A stretch of DNA of 60,430 nt, filler included, from Sphacelaria rigidula (taxonomy: Eukaryota), in NCBI GenBank assembly GCA_964200075.2. It is 8 parts of 8 records of this genome, joined end to end, with 100 filler letters (N's around TTAATTAATTAA, not from the genome) between each part and the next. Parts side by side here need not be neighbours in the genome. Positions count along the whole stretch, not along the records: positions 30,267 to 37,732 come from CAXNAA020014803.1; positions 37,833 to 45,298 come from CAXNAA020014804.1; positions 45,399 to 52,864 come from CAXNAA020014805.1; 5 more parts are not named here. One strand, written 5' to 3'. The position numbers were made by a program, and so were the translations under genes. This document shows positions 37,501-50,903 of this stretch, piece after piece (the first letter of the stretch is position 1; the number at the start of each line of letters is the position of its first letter). Below the pieces are notes generated by a model that worked only from the letters and a program-made list of their open reading frames with translations, was not told where the DNA came from and ran no database searches.

Positions 37501-40500
37501 CGGAATGAAAGAAGCACAACGAGCAGCTGGAAATTCCCACGCTTTGGTTCGTGTTCGTCAATGTCGCCCATTTGAGGCGCTTCATGCAGCCTGAAACTAA
37601 ACATCAGGCGCTGTATGACCATGTCTGTTCGTGACAGTTTTGGGCTGGTTTGGGAGACGGGGGGGGGGTGCTCATTTGTTGCTTGCCTTAGTCGTGTGAC
37701 CATTGATCACGCATCCCTTTCGAGACGGAGTTNNNNNNNNNNNNNNNNNNNNNNNNNNNNNNNNNNNNNNNNNNNNTTAATTAATTAANNNNNNNNNNNN
37801 NNNNNNNNNNNNNNNNNNNNNNNNNNNNNNNNACACAGTGTGCGATTTGGTAAGGAGGGGCCAAGCAACTGACAAAGGAACAGGTCAAGAAAAAAAGAGA
37901 AACGCCCCCCCCCCCCCCCCAAAGCTGGCATGAACAATTCACGATCTCGAATGCTTTGGACACACCACGATCCCGGGCGGCGTCGAGGGGGGGTGTACTC
38001 ATGATCATGCACGCCATAGTCATAAAACCATTGGCGTCGAGGAGGGGGAGAGAAAGCAACCATGATGCTGATGCTTTGGACATTTACTCTAGATTCATAG
38101 TATGCACATAAGATAAAAGCACAGGACAGATGACATGAGAAAGGGATGAGTAAAAACGCCATAAATCCGGTCAGACAATACTTGAAGGTTCCTGGCGATA
38201 ATATTACTATGGTTTAAGCCGGTAACTGAATGTTATCAGTCCTTATTTCTCAAACATGTTACCCACCCACCTGGTTAAAGATGCCGTGCGTATGTTTTCC
38301 CTGCTTCGCGCCCCCCACGCCAACTCCGGCTCCAGCCGCACCGTTCACCAAGTTAAAGCGTATTATATTGGCATCGCCGCGAACGGTCATGCCTACGAAT
38401 CCACGATCACAAGTTTGTCACTTACGAAACACAACAAGCATTCAAGCTACAAAGACGTTAAAAAAAGCTGACTTTGTACAAATTTATGTTTTGAACAATC
38501 GCCCGAATGACATCCTTATGGGCTTATAAGCGAAAATCACATAATTAGGGACAAGGTAGAAAAGTAATGAAAGTCTAGGAAGATATACTAAAATATAGGA
38601 TGACGTCATTAGTAATTTCAAAAAAGTAAGGATGTAAATGAAAGTCGGAGTCATAGTTGCACTCGTACTGCAGCACTGCAACCCAAATTACTTCGTCTGA
38701 GTATATATCGTGTGGTGCTTCGGCAAGGATCAAGGATCTATCCAGATCTGCTCCGAACACCCGAGCTTCGAAGCTCTCTGATGCCAACAAACACTTTCGC
38801 AGTGTTACCTTCTGCCTCATGATATGTATAGTCGCAGATTCAGAGTCCGACTTTCAAAGACCGCGGGGACGTTAATATCTGTGTAGAAAATGTTTACAGT
38901 CGAATCTCACACACGCATACTGAGTGGCATGTGTGGTATAAGAAGATAGAGGGACATCCAACAAATTTGACGACCATTTAGGTAAAATTATTTGCATGAT
39001 TGATAGATGCATTCATGAAGGAAAATATAATCATAGGTTCGTAAAGTGTTTGGTGGTTGGTTGGTTGTTAGAAACTTAGTTGTTTGCTTCTTTTTGTGGG
39101 GAGGCGCGGACAAAGTGACTGTTGCAAGCCACACCGATGGATTCCCCCCATTGTCTGCTTTCTTTTCTTAGGAGGCTTCGTGTATATTAGATTCAGAGAA
39201 AGGACTGTGTTACAGCTATAGAAATTCTCTCAGTCAGTACTATACGTACGACTTAGCCGTATCCGCTGAAATTCTGGCCGCACGACAATGACAACTATTC
39301 AATTTGTTGGCATGAAACTGCTGACTACGGAACGAACCATGGTTATGAAAGAAATTTGTGTTGAGCAGATAGGACCGAATCGAATCACTCCTCGTTGTCG
39401 GCTGTTGCATCTCCATGAATCGAAACTGAAGAGACATGGTAACTACAGATTACATAGTCCAGAGAAGGGAAAAATTAGAAAAAAATGTTACGCATTGAAG
39501 AGAGGAAGGACCGCCAAATGAAAAAAACAAAATCACCTTTCCTTCGCTTCCTTCCCACCCCCCTTCCTCGGTGCATGGTTTCGAGAAATGAGCTCATCTC
39601 TTCCCGGGTACACACCTTGCATTTCGGCCTCGCACGTTGGATCATGATCAGCACTCCTACACCGCGCCGACTCTCGTCAAACAAACTCAGCCAAATAAAC
39701 TCCATCTGTATTTCACACCCTCATACTTTCAACAACAGGAATCGGATACTTCTGAGAGAAAGTCAAACTAGCCGCATCTGGCGGTCATTCGACCCACGTT
39801 ATTCCCGCCCTAATGTTGTAAGTTGCGACGGTACAGCACCGGGGTACGGCAGCTTCTACTGTATATTTCCCCTGTCTCATAAGTTAGGGTACCTATGGAC
39901 AATACTTTGTCTGGTTACAACCGTGTTAGTGAGGATAGTATAGTCGGGTTCGTTGAAAGGATAAAATGAAGGCAAAGCTAGAGAAACAAGGGAAAAAAAC
40001 GGGGTTCTATTCCTTCACCTAAAATGGGTTCAAATATACCCTATTTTGGCTTATTTCGAGAATGTTCTTCGAGATCTATTTTTTAATTCTCGAAACAATC
40101 ATAAAATCGTCCAACTTTAGTACCCTACCTGCCCACTACACCATTCGAGCGATGGACTCGCCCCCCCAGCACATCCCCGCCTCGCAAACGGGGCGCCGCG
40201 ATATCGGTTGGTGGCTGCTACGCAATGGCGACAATGGTTTTCGACACATTCTTTTCCGTGGCAAAGGCGTGAAATACGGCCATTTTGGGACCAACTGATT
40301 TTTTTCGGCCGTTCGGCCACATGGTTCGAGCACCGACTGAATAAAATAAAATAAACTACTCGAAAAACGCCGAGGATTTCACACATCGGACAGATCGTGA
40401 TCTATCTGAAACAACCAATGAAAGAAGACACTCGAGTGTGTGGGTCCAAAAACACAAAATATGTGACCGCAGTCAGGAAAGCCAAGACGCAACCTTTGCG

Positions 40501-42257
40501 CTACTCGGCATGCTCGGCGTCCGGCGCTGTAAGAAGCAGACATGAAAAAGGGTAGCCAACTGATCCGGATCATGATCCAGATCGGCATACTAAGAAGAAG
40601 TAATTTTCAGACGGATCATGATCCGTCCGGCGTGAGGAAGATTTCAATAAAAAAATCGAAAACCAGGTCGGACGTGGTTGAGGGCCCGTGCAAATGACAC
40701 TTTCTACGATAGCCCCCCCTAGAACCAGCCCAAAAGTGTCACGAAAAAAATGGCCATACAGCGCCTGATGTTTGGATTCAGGCTGCATGAAGCGCATCAT
40801 ATTGGCAACATTGGCGAGAACGAGTCCAAGCATGGGAATTCCCAGCTGCTCGTGGTGCTCGGCTTTTCTCATTTCGATTTATGAGAAGATATTGCCTCCC
40901 AAAACCATGCACTTTTGGGGGAGAGGCTATCGTAGAAGGTGTTAAATGTAGGTACACTAACTTATGAGACAGAGAAAGTACACTGCCTATGTACTTCGAA
41001 GTATATATATATATATTATATATATATATATATTGTACGACAAACTGGCACTACTATTCTGGACTATCTGCTTACAAACTTACCGGCTCCAACAGCATCG
41101 TGGGAATCGAGGCAGTTGTTTCCGTGCAAGACGTTGAACTGAGATCCTTCGTGAATGTTTATGCACGCACCACCCACGTCCGAAACACTGTAGACCCGGT
41201 CCGGTAACAAAGAGCCGTTCCGGTATCCGAGGATCGGTTCGGCCACCAAGGCCCGGTTGGGCAAGCGACATCCGGTCCGGCACGCGAGAATCGGTCCATA
41301 TGCACGACGGAAGAGGGTGAAGGAGGAAGTGGGTTTGGGGCTTGAGATAAAAATTGGCACCCTCAGACGGCATGTCAACAGCTTTGGGGTTTCGACGGGT
41401 ATGGTTTGCGAATTCACCCTTGGATCACGCTCAACGGTTTCATGTGAGCACAATACTGAGTTCTAAAACAAGCAGTCTCGTATCGCTTGGACACCAACTT
41501 TGTGCGGTCCCTAATCCGTGCTATCCATCACAAAACACTGTTTACTTGCACAGGGTCGGCCCACGGGTTCCTCGTTTCTTGTCTCACGATTGTGAAAAGT
41601 GCACACGACAAAGTTGGTTGCTCGCGGGATTATTCGGAAGCAACAGAAGCTCATGACTATCTCGAGGTTTCCAAGCACCAAGCATCGGTGTTTTGTCTGT
41701 TACTTCGTTCGTATACCTTCTCCCCAGCTGTTTCCTCGTTTCGTCCTTTTCTTCACTCGACTTTGCTTCGTGCCCAGTGTTTCCGGTCATTTCGCTTGGC
41801 TGCGTCTATCGTGCGACTATTGGTGCATTCGTAGCAAGTAAGTTAATGTCACATATTTTGTCAATCGACTAGTCAAGTTTGAGGTTACTCAAGAGGTTTT
41901 GACAAAGACCACGGTATGTTGCTCTTCCTCAAGAAGAAACTTTGGCTCTCAAATGAATCGTTATTGCAAAATTTTGCGCACAAAGGTACAAGCGGCAATT
42001 TCTTGTTCGCAAGGCCTTCCTCTCAGGAATGCACTCATCACAAGTTCACGGTCGGGGCCGTTCTGAACGAGTTCCTTTCATTCTTACGAAGAGGTTGGTA
42101 TACCTCGACCGGTGCTTCCTTTTGTGGAAGTCACACGTTGTATTTCTGAGAAAATGGGAATATGACGCGTTAAGTAGTACCCTTATATAGTCACAAGTAC
42201 GATTTGAACCACAAAGTGGCACTGCTGTACTATACAGAGTTGTGCCCATGTGTTGTG

Positions 42258-42601
42258 TTGTCATCCCATCCGTTCTGATCGTAAGTCTACACCTCTCGGT
42301 TTATGTGGGCGCATCAGCCGGGGCCACACAGGAGGCTGGTCGACACACGATTTTTTGTGTTAATATATGTGTTTTTGCACCCCACCTTTCTCCTGCGGTG
42401 CTTGCCTTATTTTTATCGGGGTTCAGCGGCCCCTTTCCGTCGTCGACCGTGGAGTCGAATTTCCTGTGCCCACGACATAGTCGCTCTCTACTGTTGGGCA
42501 TGGTGCGAGAAACAAAAACGTATCGTGTGACCCCATCGAGATTCGAACCCACGATCCAACCGCCAGAAGGTTTCGAAGTCATGAACTAACCCACCGGGGC
42601 G
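42258..42601 (-). mobile_element. tRNA-derived SINE
   Basis: Minus-strand head gccccggtgggttagttc...ggttcgaatc (A/B boxes) followed by a body shared with 48112-48458. Confidence 0.75.
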
Positions 42602-43816
42602 TAAAAACAATATGTTGCAAATGTGCAGCTATTATTTGGTACATATGTGTGCTCTTTGCTACCAACCAACCAAGACAAGTTTTGATACTAATCTCAATAC
42701 CCTTTTTTCACGTAAACAATATCGCAACATATATACCTATATGTGCACTAGCTTTCTGGCCCACAGAAGCGCTCATTTGCTGTCATAAGCTCCTTTATCG
42801 TCAAAAATATTGTCAAGTCACATGTACGTTCTGAGTTCACGACAAGCACTTCAAGATGTGCGGTATCTTTCCGAGTCACAAGTGTGTTCCCGACTGTCAT
42901 TTTCTACAACATCAAATATATGATTGGTCACAAGGCTTCAGCTAAATTCCCGACAGCAAATGACTACTTACACAATCCGTGTAAAAAACGAACACTTCGA
43001 ACGTGTGGAATAGTTTTCTGACTGTCGAGAGGTTGATGTTTGTCAACATGTTATCATTCACACGATGTTTAATAACACTACTTGGCACGAAACGTTTTGA
43101 TCAAAGTCAGTGATGACACGTTTCTCCGAAACGAAAAGCTACACATCGTGGAAGTCGCATTTGTACGTACATGACGGATGTTGATGTCGCAACAGCCATA
43201 GATGATAGACAGATATCCGTAACACGGCACATGCCGTTCCGACAATGACGTGGGACGACGGAGTCCAAAAGTATCCGTTTTGTCTGTATTTGTCAAGTCC
43301 CGAAACCTTAGGCACCCATGTGCGTCATCCTAAAGATCCCGAGACTACAATGTCAGAGGCACACCTGGGATAGCTTCTAGTCTACCAAACACTTATTCAA
43401 ATAGCAACGAAACGAAGCTGTGGAGGACCTTGAATCGAAGATAGCAACACCTTCCTCGACGACTATGGTAGTGTCCCGTAGATCCCCTAGCTTTACCGCA
43501 TGTTCACCACGGCGACACCGGTAAGATGAATCTGTATATATTTATAAGCAGAAGGTCCCGGATCCGAATCTCGGTCCCCATCAACTCAACGCAAAGAAGT
43601 GAAAAAATTCTCCTTCCTTTGGTTGCAGCGAGTTCCACACGCAACCGCGATTCATGTTGACTCTTGCTCCCGGGAGTTGGTTTCAATCTCAAGATCTCAA
43701 TACCCACTAAGTGCACCTGCTCGTATGTTTTACTCACAAAACATTTGTTGATGTTGCTCGAACGGTCTAAGCACAGTAGTATACGCGTATGGCGTACCTA
43801 CTTTGGAAGTACAGTA

Positions 43817-44263
43817 TAAACAGTCGATCATCGAGATTGAGGATGGAGATTTTCATTGAGGATGAGAACCCGGAGAATTAGAATGTTCGTATCCACACCA
43901 AATCTTCGAAATATGGTTTCATTTCTTGTCCTACTAGTAGCTATTGACAAGCACTATACGTGATACAGATTGTGGCTTCGATAGGCGAAATGTTGGGGTC
44001 CTAGATGAAGAAACAATTTTGGGAAATTTAGGTGATCCAATCGGATCGCCGAAATTCCCCGAAATCGGTTTTTCATCTAAAACCCCAATATTTCGGTTAT
44101 CGAAATCCAACTTTGTAGGGCGTGTAGCAGTCGTCAATAGCTACCAGTAAGTGAAGGAATTGATTCATATTTCGAAGATTTGGTGTGGATACGAAGATTT
44201 CAATCCTCCGGTTTCTCATCCTCAATAACAATTTCCATCCTCATTTCGATGATCGGCTGTTTA
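43817..44263. mobile_element. ~450-bp foldback MITE (family also at ~45468-45911 and ~58913-59346)
   Basis: Nearly the whole element is one inverted repeat (aacagtcgatcatcga...tcgatgatcggctgtt) with TA flanks and centre near gatccaatcggatc. Confidence 0.85.
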
Positions 44264-45133
44264 CAGTATAGTGGCAACTCCCGAACACACAATCTACATA
44301 GGTAGGCCACCATACCTAGACTAGAGTCGGACGGAACGTACTTCGTCTGGGTCCCATCTCGTCTTTATACGGGGATACAAAATGCCATGTAGGTTCGCCC
44401 GCTGTATGTAAAAAAGCAATGTTTCACTCACAAGTTTTGAAAAATAGTGTTCCAGGAGGTCTCGTCGACCTCCCCTCCAATGCTCTCCATGCGACGAGTG
44501 AGGCTCGTGCCCAGGTCTATACCGGAACCGCACCCAATCATACCCTTGCATACGTCCTGCGCGTCAATTAGGGGTTTGTCGATGTTATTCGTTGGTTGGT
44601 TGGTATTGGTTGGTTGGTTGATTGGTTGATTGGTTCGTTGATTGACTGGGGTAGTCAGTTGATCACAGCGTATCAACTGGTCAGCGACGGGATAAGCCGC
44701 GGTCCCAAGATAGGCGTTGGTTGATATGTTGATTAGTTGATTGGCTCATCGATTGACGCACACTAAGTGATTCCCGGGGGATCCGGCCGTTGCCATCGCC
44801 CACAAGTTAGGCGTACCCCAAGAGGAATATACGAATATACTCGATGAAAAAAAGTCAAGGAAAGGGGAAATATGATGATCAAATGTGAAAACAAGCAAAA
44901 GGAGACGTGATGGAATTTGCGTAACGACAGTGACTAGCTTTTTCGACAATCGTGATTGCAGCTGTTTGGCACCGTAGGAGCAATATGTGTAAAGGTTACG
45001 CTTGAGTCGACTCAAGGCACACCCCAAAAAATAACACCACCATAGATAAATGTGTGTGTGTACTATGTACCTACCGTCATTACTGGCTGCATACACGAAG
45101 ATCGCAAGTATACACTTACATATGCATGCATGC

Positions 45134-45298
45134 ATACATACATACATACATACATACATACATACATACATACATACATACATACATACATACCATACCA
45201 TACCATACCATACCATACCATACCATACCATACCATACCATACCATACCATACCATACCATACCATACCATACCATACCATACCATACCATACCATAC
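45134..45298. repeat. Compound microsatellite (CATA)n-(TACCA)n running into the scaffold end
   Basis: Direct reading. Confidence 0.97.
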
Positions 45299-45398
45299 NN
45301 NNNNNNNNNNNNNNNNNNNNNNNNNNNNNNNNNNNNNNNNNNTTAATTAATTAANNNNNNNNNNNNNNNNNNNNNNNNNNNNNNNNNNNNNNNNNNNN

Positions 45399-45470
45399 GG
45401 AGAAGTATGGGAGGGGAACGCGAAGTTGGCGGAGAGGTTAGAAACAGTACAGATGGCAGCAGCTAAGAAA
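45399..45470 (+). mobile_element. Short LINE ORF2 remnant interrupted by a foldback MITE
   Basis: GEVWEGNAKLAERLETVQMAAAKK resembles the post-RT 'W......L..LE.VQ..A.K' segment of non-LTR elements. Confidence 0.5.
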
Positions 45471-45911
45471 TTGAAGATGAAGCTTTCCATTGAGGATGAG
45501 AACCCGGAGGATAAAAATCTTTGTATCCACACCAAATCTTCTAAATATTATCATGTCTTTCCTTCACCTACTGGTGGCTGTTGACAACCGCTACACGCCC
45601 TGCAAATTTTGATTTCGATAACCGAAATGTTGGGGTATTAGATGAAGATGTTTTGGGGGGAATTTCGGTGATCCGATCGGATCACCGAAATCCCCCGATA
45701 TTGGTCTTTCATCTGGTATCCCGACGTGTAGGTGATCGAAATCCAAATTTGTAGAGTCTATGGGTGTAATATTTGTCAATAGCCACCAGTAGTTACAGTA
45801 GGTGAAGGAATGGAACCATATTTCGAAGAGTTGGTGTGGATACGAAGATTTTTATCCTCCGGGTTCTCATCCTCAATGGAGAGCTCCATCCTCAATTTCG
45901 ATGATCGGCTG
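45468..45911. mobile_element. Foldback MITE copy
   Basis: Homologous to 43817-44263; centre gatccgatcggatc. Confidence 0.85.
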
Positions 45912-46111
45912 CGTTCTATGTAGACTGCCCTGTCTAGGTCCTAGATCTTCGTAGCGAAATTACGCCGTGTCAAGGATGACGTATGGCAGTTGTCCTAGAA
46001 ACGAGGTAACTTCATGAGAGATATATATGGGTATTCTATTGTACTGCAAGCGAGTAATCATGGTGACTATCCCATTATTTTCACCCCTAACAAAGTACGC
46101 GGTACAAAGTA

Positions 46112-46367
46112 GAGTAATGCCACGGTAGGGGTGCACTTTTTTCGCGAAATTATGTCTAGTTCAGGGGCTCCTAACGATTCAAAATGCACAAAAATATGAG
46201 TCAGGACATCCCATTTGCAAATTCATTCGGGATATCCCCAACACATTGGAGGAGTAACCCTGGCGTACTTCCACATATTTCCATAGGTCGCGTTTTGCAT
46301 GAGATAAATGGCGCCTAACAGTTCTAACATCAGAAAATATTTGTGCACCCCTACCGTAGCATCACTC
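46112..46367. mobile_element. MITE with ~25-bp TIR gagt(a/g)atgc(c/t)acggtaggggtgcac
   Basis: Both termini are visible; homologous ends at ~22496-22600 and ~7953-7980. Confidence 0.75.
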
Positions 46368-48111
46368 AGTACGCGGTGAACATGTACAGTAAATCAGTGG
46401 GAGCGAGGCACGACAACAACGGGTTGCCGAAAACGGGTTAGATTAAATATTGCGAGCGAAAGTGAACTACAAAAACCTACTGGTGATTCTCCTGCTCCTC
46501 TCATGTCAGCTGTCAGTCACCACCTCGCATTCTCAGGGACATTGCTTCTCTGGCTGACACCGAGCGGATCTTGGGAGTTTATGTGGTAAGAAAGGGGGGT
46601 ACATTGTGCTTAAAAACATACAGACGAGGGAGAGTTAGAGGCTGCACTGGATTTGCGATTACAAAAAGTATTCTATAAAAATGTTCTGATAATTTTTGTT
46701 TGAAGTTCTACTGAAAATCCTCGGTTCCGAGTTGATCCTGTGAGTACAGGCACACGGAACTACCTCTCATCCCAACATCGCAAGTTCACAGCGGCACAAC
46801 GTCACCAATCATGGATATGTACCTCGCGGAGTATGGCTGGCCGTGGTGCCTGTGTCTTTCTAATATGTCACGAGAGCCGAGGAACACCGCCCATGATGAT
46901 GACCGTACCGCATCGTTCAGGGTTTCAAAAATGCACCAAAAACTCGAAAGCAACGGTTGCGTTAGGGAACCTTGTCAGGTGCTACCGCCAGTATCCAATA
47001 CGTTCCTTGGGCACACCATGTTGCTGTTCGCAGTCAATACAAGCGCCACCACCACAGTATCAGCTAATCCGTTCAATCTTTTCACCAGCGACATACTGCT
47101 TGTTACCGTGTCATGATGACGGAAAATAACACCCCCGCGAGATTAATCTCAATCTTCCTTATATGGGAGATCTGGTGTATCTGTTGCTCCATCCCATTCG
47201 TCGAAAATATCCCGATTTGAAGTGTATCCCAAACGGAATATGTATACAATGTCGTGGCTAAGGGCCGGTTCCAGCAGGCAGTCGTTTGTGCAAGTCTCGT
47301 TACTCCCCATGTCAAAATGACGGGGCCATTTCCCCCTACTGTTGCACTCCACAATAGCTCAAGGGAGGCGAATGCCGGGCCAAATACTCTCACCACATGT
47401 CAACTCATCAGCGTCATGTCCAGTGCGCTGTGCTCACGGCGTACAACTCACCAGTGCGAATGCTATGGAGGCCTCGATGCGTGTCTTGGGAGCACAGACC
47501 ACTCTGTCCGAAGACATTCTTGTTTTTGGCCAGTCTGCTCGTCCTGAGCTGTTCTGACTATTGTCCCTGCAGATAGCGTGGGTGGCACAGTGTGCTCCGG
47601 GCGGAGTTGAGGCATGCACTGTTATGGCCGTAGTGCTTTGTGCGGCACCCGCAACGTACCAGCACACCTTCGCCGGTGTTGCGATAACACCAGGGGGTTC
47701 CTTGCACTCATAACATGCGAGCCCTGTATCAACAATCCCATGCCACACGGCATTGCGGTGGTGTTAAACGGGCGGCGGAATCACTGCGCAAGCCCAAGAG
47801 CTGTGTTGTCCCAAGCCCCGGAGGAGGCCCGCTCGAGTTCAGGTTCAGGCTGTACAGATGCTGCAAACACGCACACCCCTCGCACAACCACCGTGCTATC
47901 AGGCTACAGGATGATTGGTGTAGCCCTTTTGAAGGATAATGAGCCCATCTCACGCGCCAGTCCTGGCCCTGGTGAATGGGACGTGTCGCACTCGGGCTTC
48001 CGGGTACACATCTCTCGTGAATGAACGTGCGACATTTGAAACAAGTTAATCCATACCGCGTAAAAAATTCCATGATGATGTGTGTGTGTGTGCGTGTGCG
48101 TGTATGTGTGT

Positions 48112-48458
48112 GGATTGTCATTTCATTTCTTTTGGACGCCCGGCTACACCTTTCGGTATATGTGCGCGCGCCTGCTCGGGTAACACTGGAGGAAGGTCTA
48201 CACCGGCGTTTCTTCTTATTGTTTGTTGTTAGTACTCCGCCTTCCCTCTGCAGTGCTTGCCTTTATTTTTGATCGCGAGAGGGGCTCAATATCCCTTTCC
48301 TTCGTCGAGCATCAAGTCGGATTTTGTGTACCTACGACATACTCACTCTCCGTTGTTGGACTTGGCGTGAGAAAAAATGCTAGATCGCTCCGAGGTCTGA
48401 ACCCACGACCCAGCCCTTAAAAGGGCTCGAGGTTACCAACTGAGCCACCGGGGCAACC
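48112..48458 (-). mobile_element. tRNA-derived SINE with (CA)n-like tail
   Basis: Head gccccggtggctcagttggtaacctcgagcccttttaagggctgggtcgtgggttcagac: A box TGGCTCAGTTGG, stem-loop around TTTTAA, B-box-like GGTTCAGAC. Confidence 0.75.
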
Positions 48459-48978
48459 GGCGTGGTAGTTGAAAGGTTAAATTCGTCTCTGACATTTTAC
48501 GCTTGACTACAAAATGGCATTTGGCGCCAATGAAAGTGCCAGCTGATGAAGACTCTGAATGCACTCGAAAATTACTGAAAATGATGCCGATTCACGATGA
48601 CAAACGTCGTCAATGGGTTCCAAAAGGATTGAACGCATGAACAGAAAGATGAAGTAAGGCTTATACGGCTAGATCCCCGAGCACTACCAACTACAGAAAA
48701 GCGAACCTGAATATCCCACCGACATCATGTGCGACAGGCCGGCGCTTGATGGAACTCCCCCTCGGCGATTCCTCATGTTGATATCTCCCCAAACCTCGAA
48801 ATGCATTTGGGATTGAGAACACGCGAAATCATGCCGAAGCGATCGAAGCAAATTTCTGACATGCAGAGAAGACACGTTTGTTGTCGGAAACAACGGTTGC
48901 GCTTGTCAGTCGCCCCTCTCAAATAGCGTGCTCATTTTGTTTCTACTGTTCCCATGCAATCTCCCTCCTCCTTTTCAG

Positions 48979-50903
48979 CCCAGTTTAGAAAGGGGACCGA
49001 TGGAAGACGTACACGGCGAGGGTGGCAAGCTCGATGATGAGCTAGGTTATGACCATGTGGACGATGCCATGGACGAGCAGCAGCCGCAGTCATTGCTGGA
49101 GGCGATCGAAAGAGGAGATGCCCGGTCGGTGTCTAGGGTTTTGTCGGAACTACCTCGCGAAGAACAAAAGAGGGAGCTTACGGAGGAATGCGCTGCTGCC
49201 AGCAGGGCTGGTACTAGCGGTTCATCGTCGGCGTCCAGGACAATGACCTCCATTTTCCATGCAGCGGCCTCCGGCAACGTGGAGGTGTTCTTGCAGGTGC
49301 ATGCTTCTATGAAGGCTATCCTCCCTCAGGAAACGGTGAGTGGAAAATTCCGAGTTTTACTCCGGGGGCGGTGACTTTGCGGGTGGAGCAGCAGAGAAGC
49401 GATGGGATTACGGCATGCATGGCTATTCTGGGCTTGACGTATCCAGTAGCAGACGGAACATGTCACAACTAATTGCAGGATTGCCGAAACTTGATTTGTT
49501 GGACAGACCAAATGTAGAAATATTCATGCCCGACAGGTCCCTTTTGTGGAAATGTTCGGCAGACTGCATTGGGAGCGGGACAGATTCGCTTGGTAACTTA
49601 CCAATCAGATCGCTCCATTTCGCTTGGGAATCGCCAGGGGAGTACTCTTGAACCAAGTGTTCGTGTGGTCTAACTCGTAGCGCGTTTCAGCCCAATACAG
49701 TATCATGGATGATTTAGTATTGTACACTGAACACAATACAGTAGTACGGTACAGTACAGGCGCCCAACCCACGGCACCAGCAGCAGGTGTGTCGCAGCAA
49801 CGGACAGCGCGTTGTTCGTGTTACCGAAGACGAAACAGTCAACACACCCATGAAGCTTTCAACAGTGTGCAGCCAGCACTGTGTGTCGACCAAAATTGTT
49901 TTCTGCAGAGACGAACACAACGACGACAACATCGCAGCCCATGCAATCCAAACCGTCTTCGTAATGCGTGAACACACCATAACAGAACAGACAGTGGAAG
50001 CTCCGACACATGGGAGAGGCTTGAGTGTTTTTGCTGCAGTACAGTATTGAAACAGGACATGTCCCATGTTTTAGTCCTCCGTCTGATTGTCGAGAGGTCT
50101 TCAATCTTGGGCCAGTGCCGAGTTTGAACACTCGGCCATAGTCGCGTTTCTTTAATTCACTTTGGGTGACCCTCATCTGTGTGTGGGAGGTCTGGCTTAA
50201 GATGCGGGCTCCGCCCGCTAATTTAATTTTGCAGATTCTGCCCCGGTACATCTTCATTTTGCCAAATGTTCGCGTGGTGTATTTTGAGTTTCCATATGTT
50301 GTCATGGGGGTGTTGCACTCCGTCATCTGCTATCGGACGATTTGGACAATCTTCCACATTTTGTGCGTGAACATATCCAGCGCGTGCATCCCTCCCACTA
50401 CAGCGAGCAGCGACATATTACCTGCTCAAACGCCTACGACGTGGCCGACCGCCGATTGTGTATTCCGAATACTCCACGGGTCGGACGAATTCAAGATTCG
50501 TCTGAAAATTACTTGAGTTTAGTGTCATTGATTCGTACCGTACGAATTAATCCTGAGGCCGTGTTTCAGCGTTGCAACCCAGGTACACGCAGCCCAGGCA
50601 CGTAGAATGGCTCAAAAATTGCGTGAAGACCTTTTTGACCAGCGGCCTTTTTGTTTTCCCCCTTTCGAGCAATCAGGCCTGAAAAATCGTGAATTTGGTG
50701 ATTCGAATCGTGGATTTAGTGATTCGAACCAGCGATGATTCGTCCGAACTGTGGAATACTCATCTCAGGTGGTGAAGATGTTGACGTCAACCCGCGACAG
50801 CGAAGGACGGAATCTCTTGATGACTGCCCTCGAGAGTGCATGCGTGAAAATCGTGGGGGCTCTCGTGAAGCTCATTGATGCGTACGAGGTGGCGATTGGG
50901 CAG
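48979..50903 (+). CDS. Ankyrin-like repeat protein, two exons (48979-49335, 50769-50903)
   Basis: SLLEAIERGDARSVSRVL, SIFHAAASGNVEVF, DSEGRNLLMTALESACVKIV; phase-0 cag|...|gtgag boundaries. Confidence 0.7.

Noticed and set aside
48385-48454. Functional tRNA gene
   Set aside because: No complete acceptor stem, and it is attached to a repeated SINE body.
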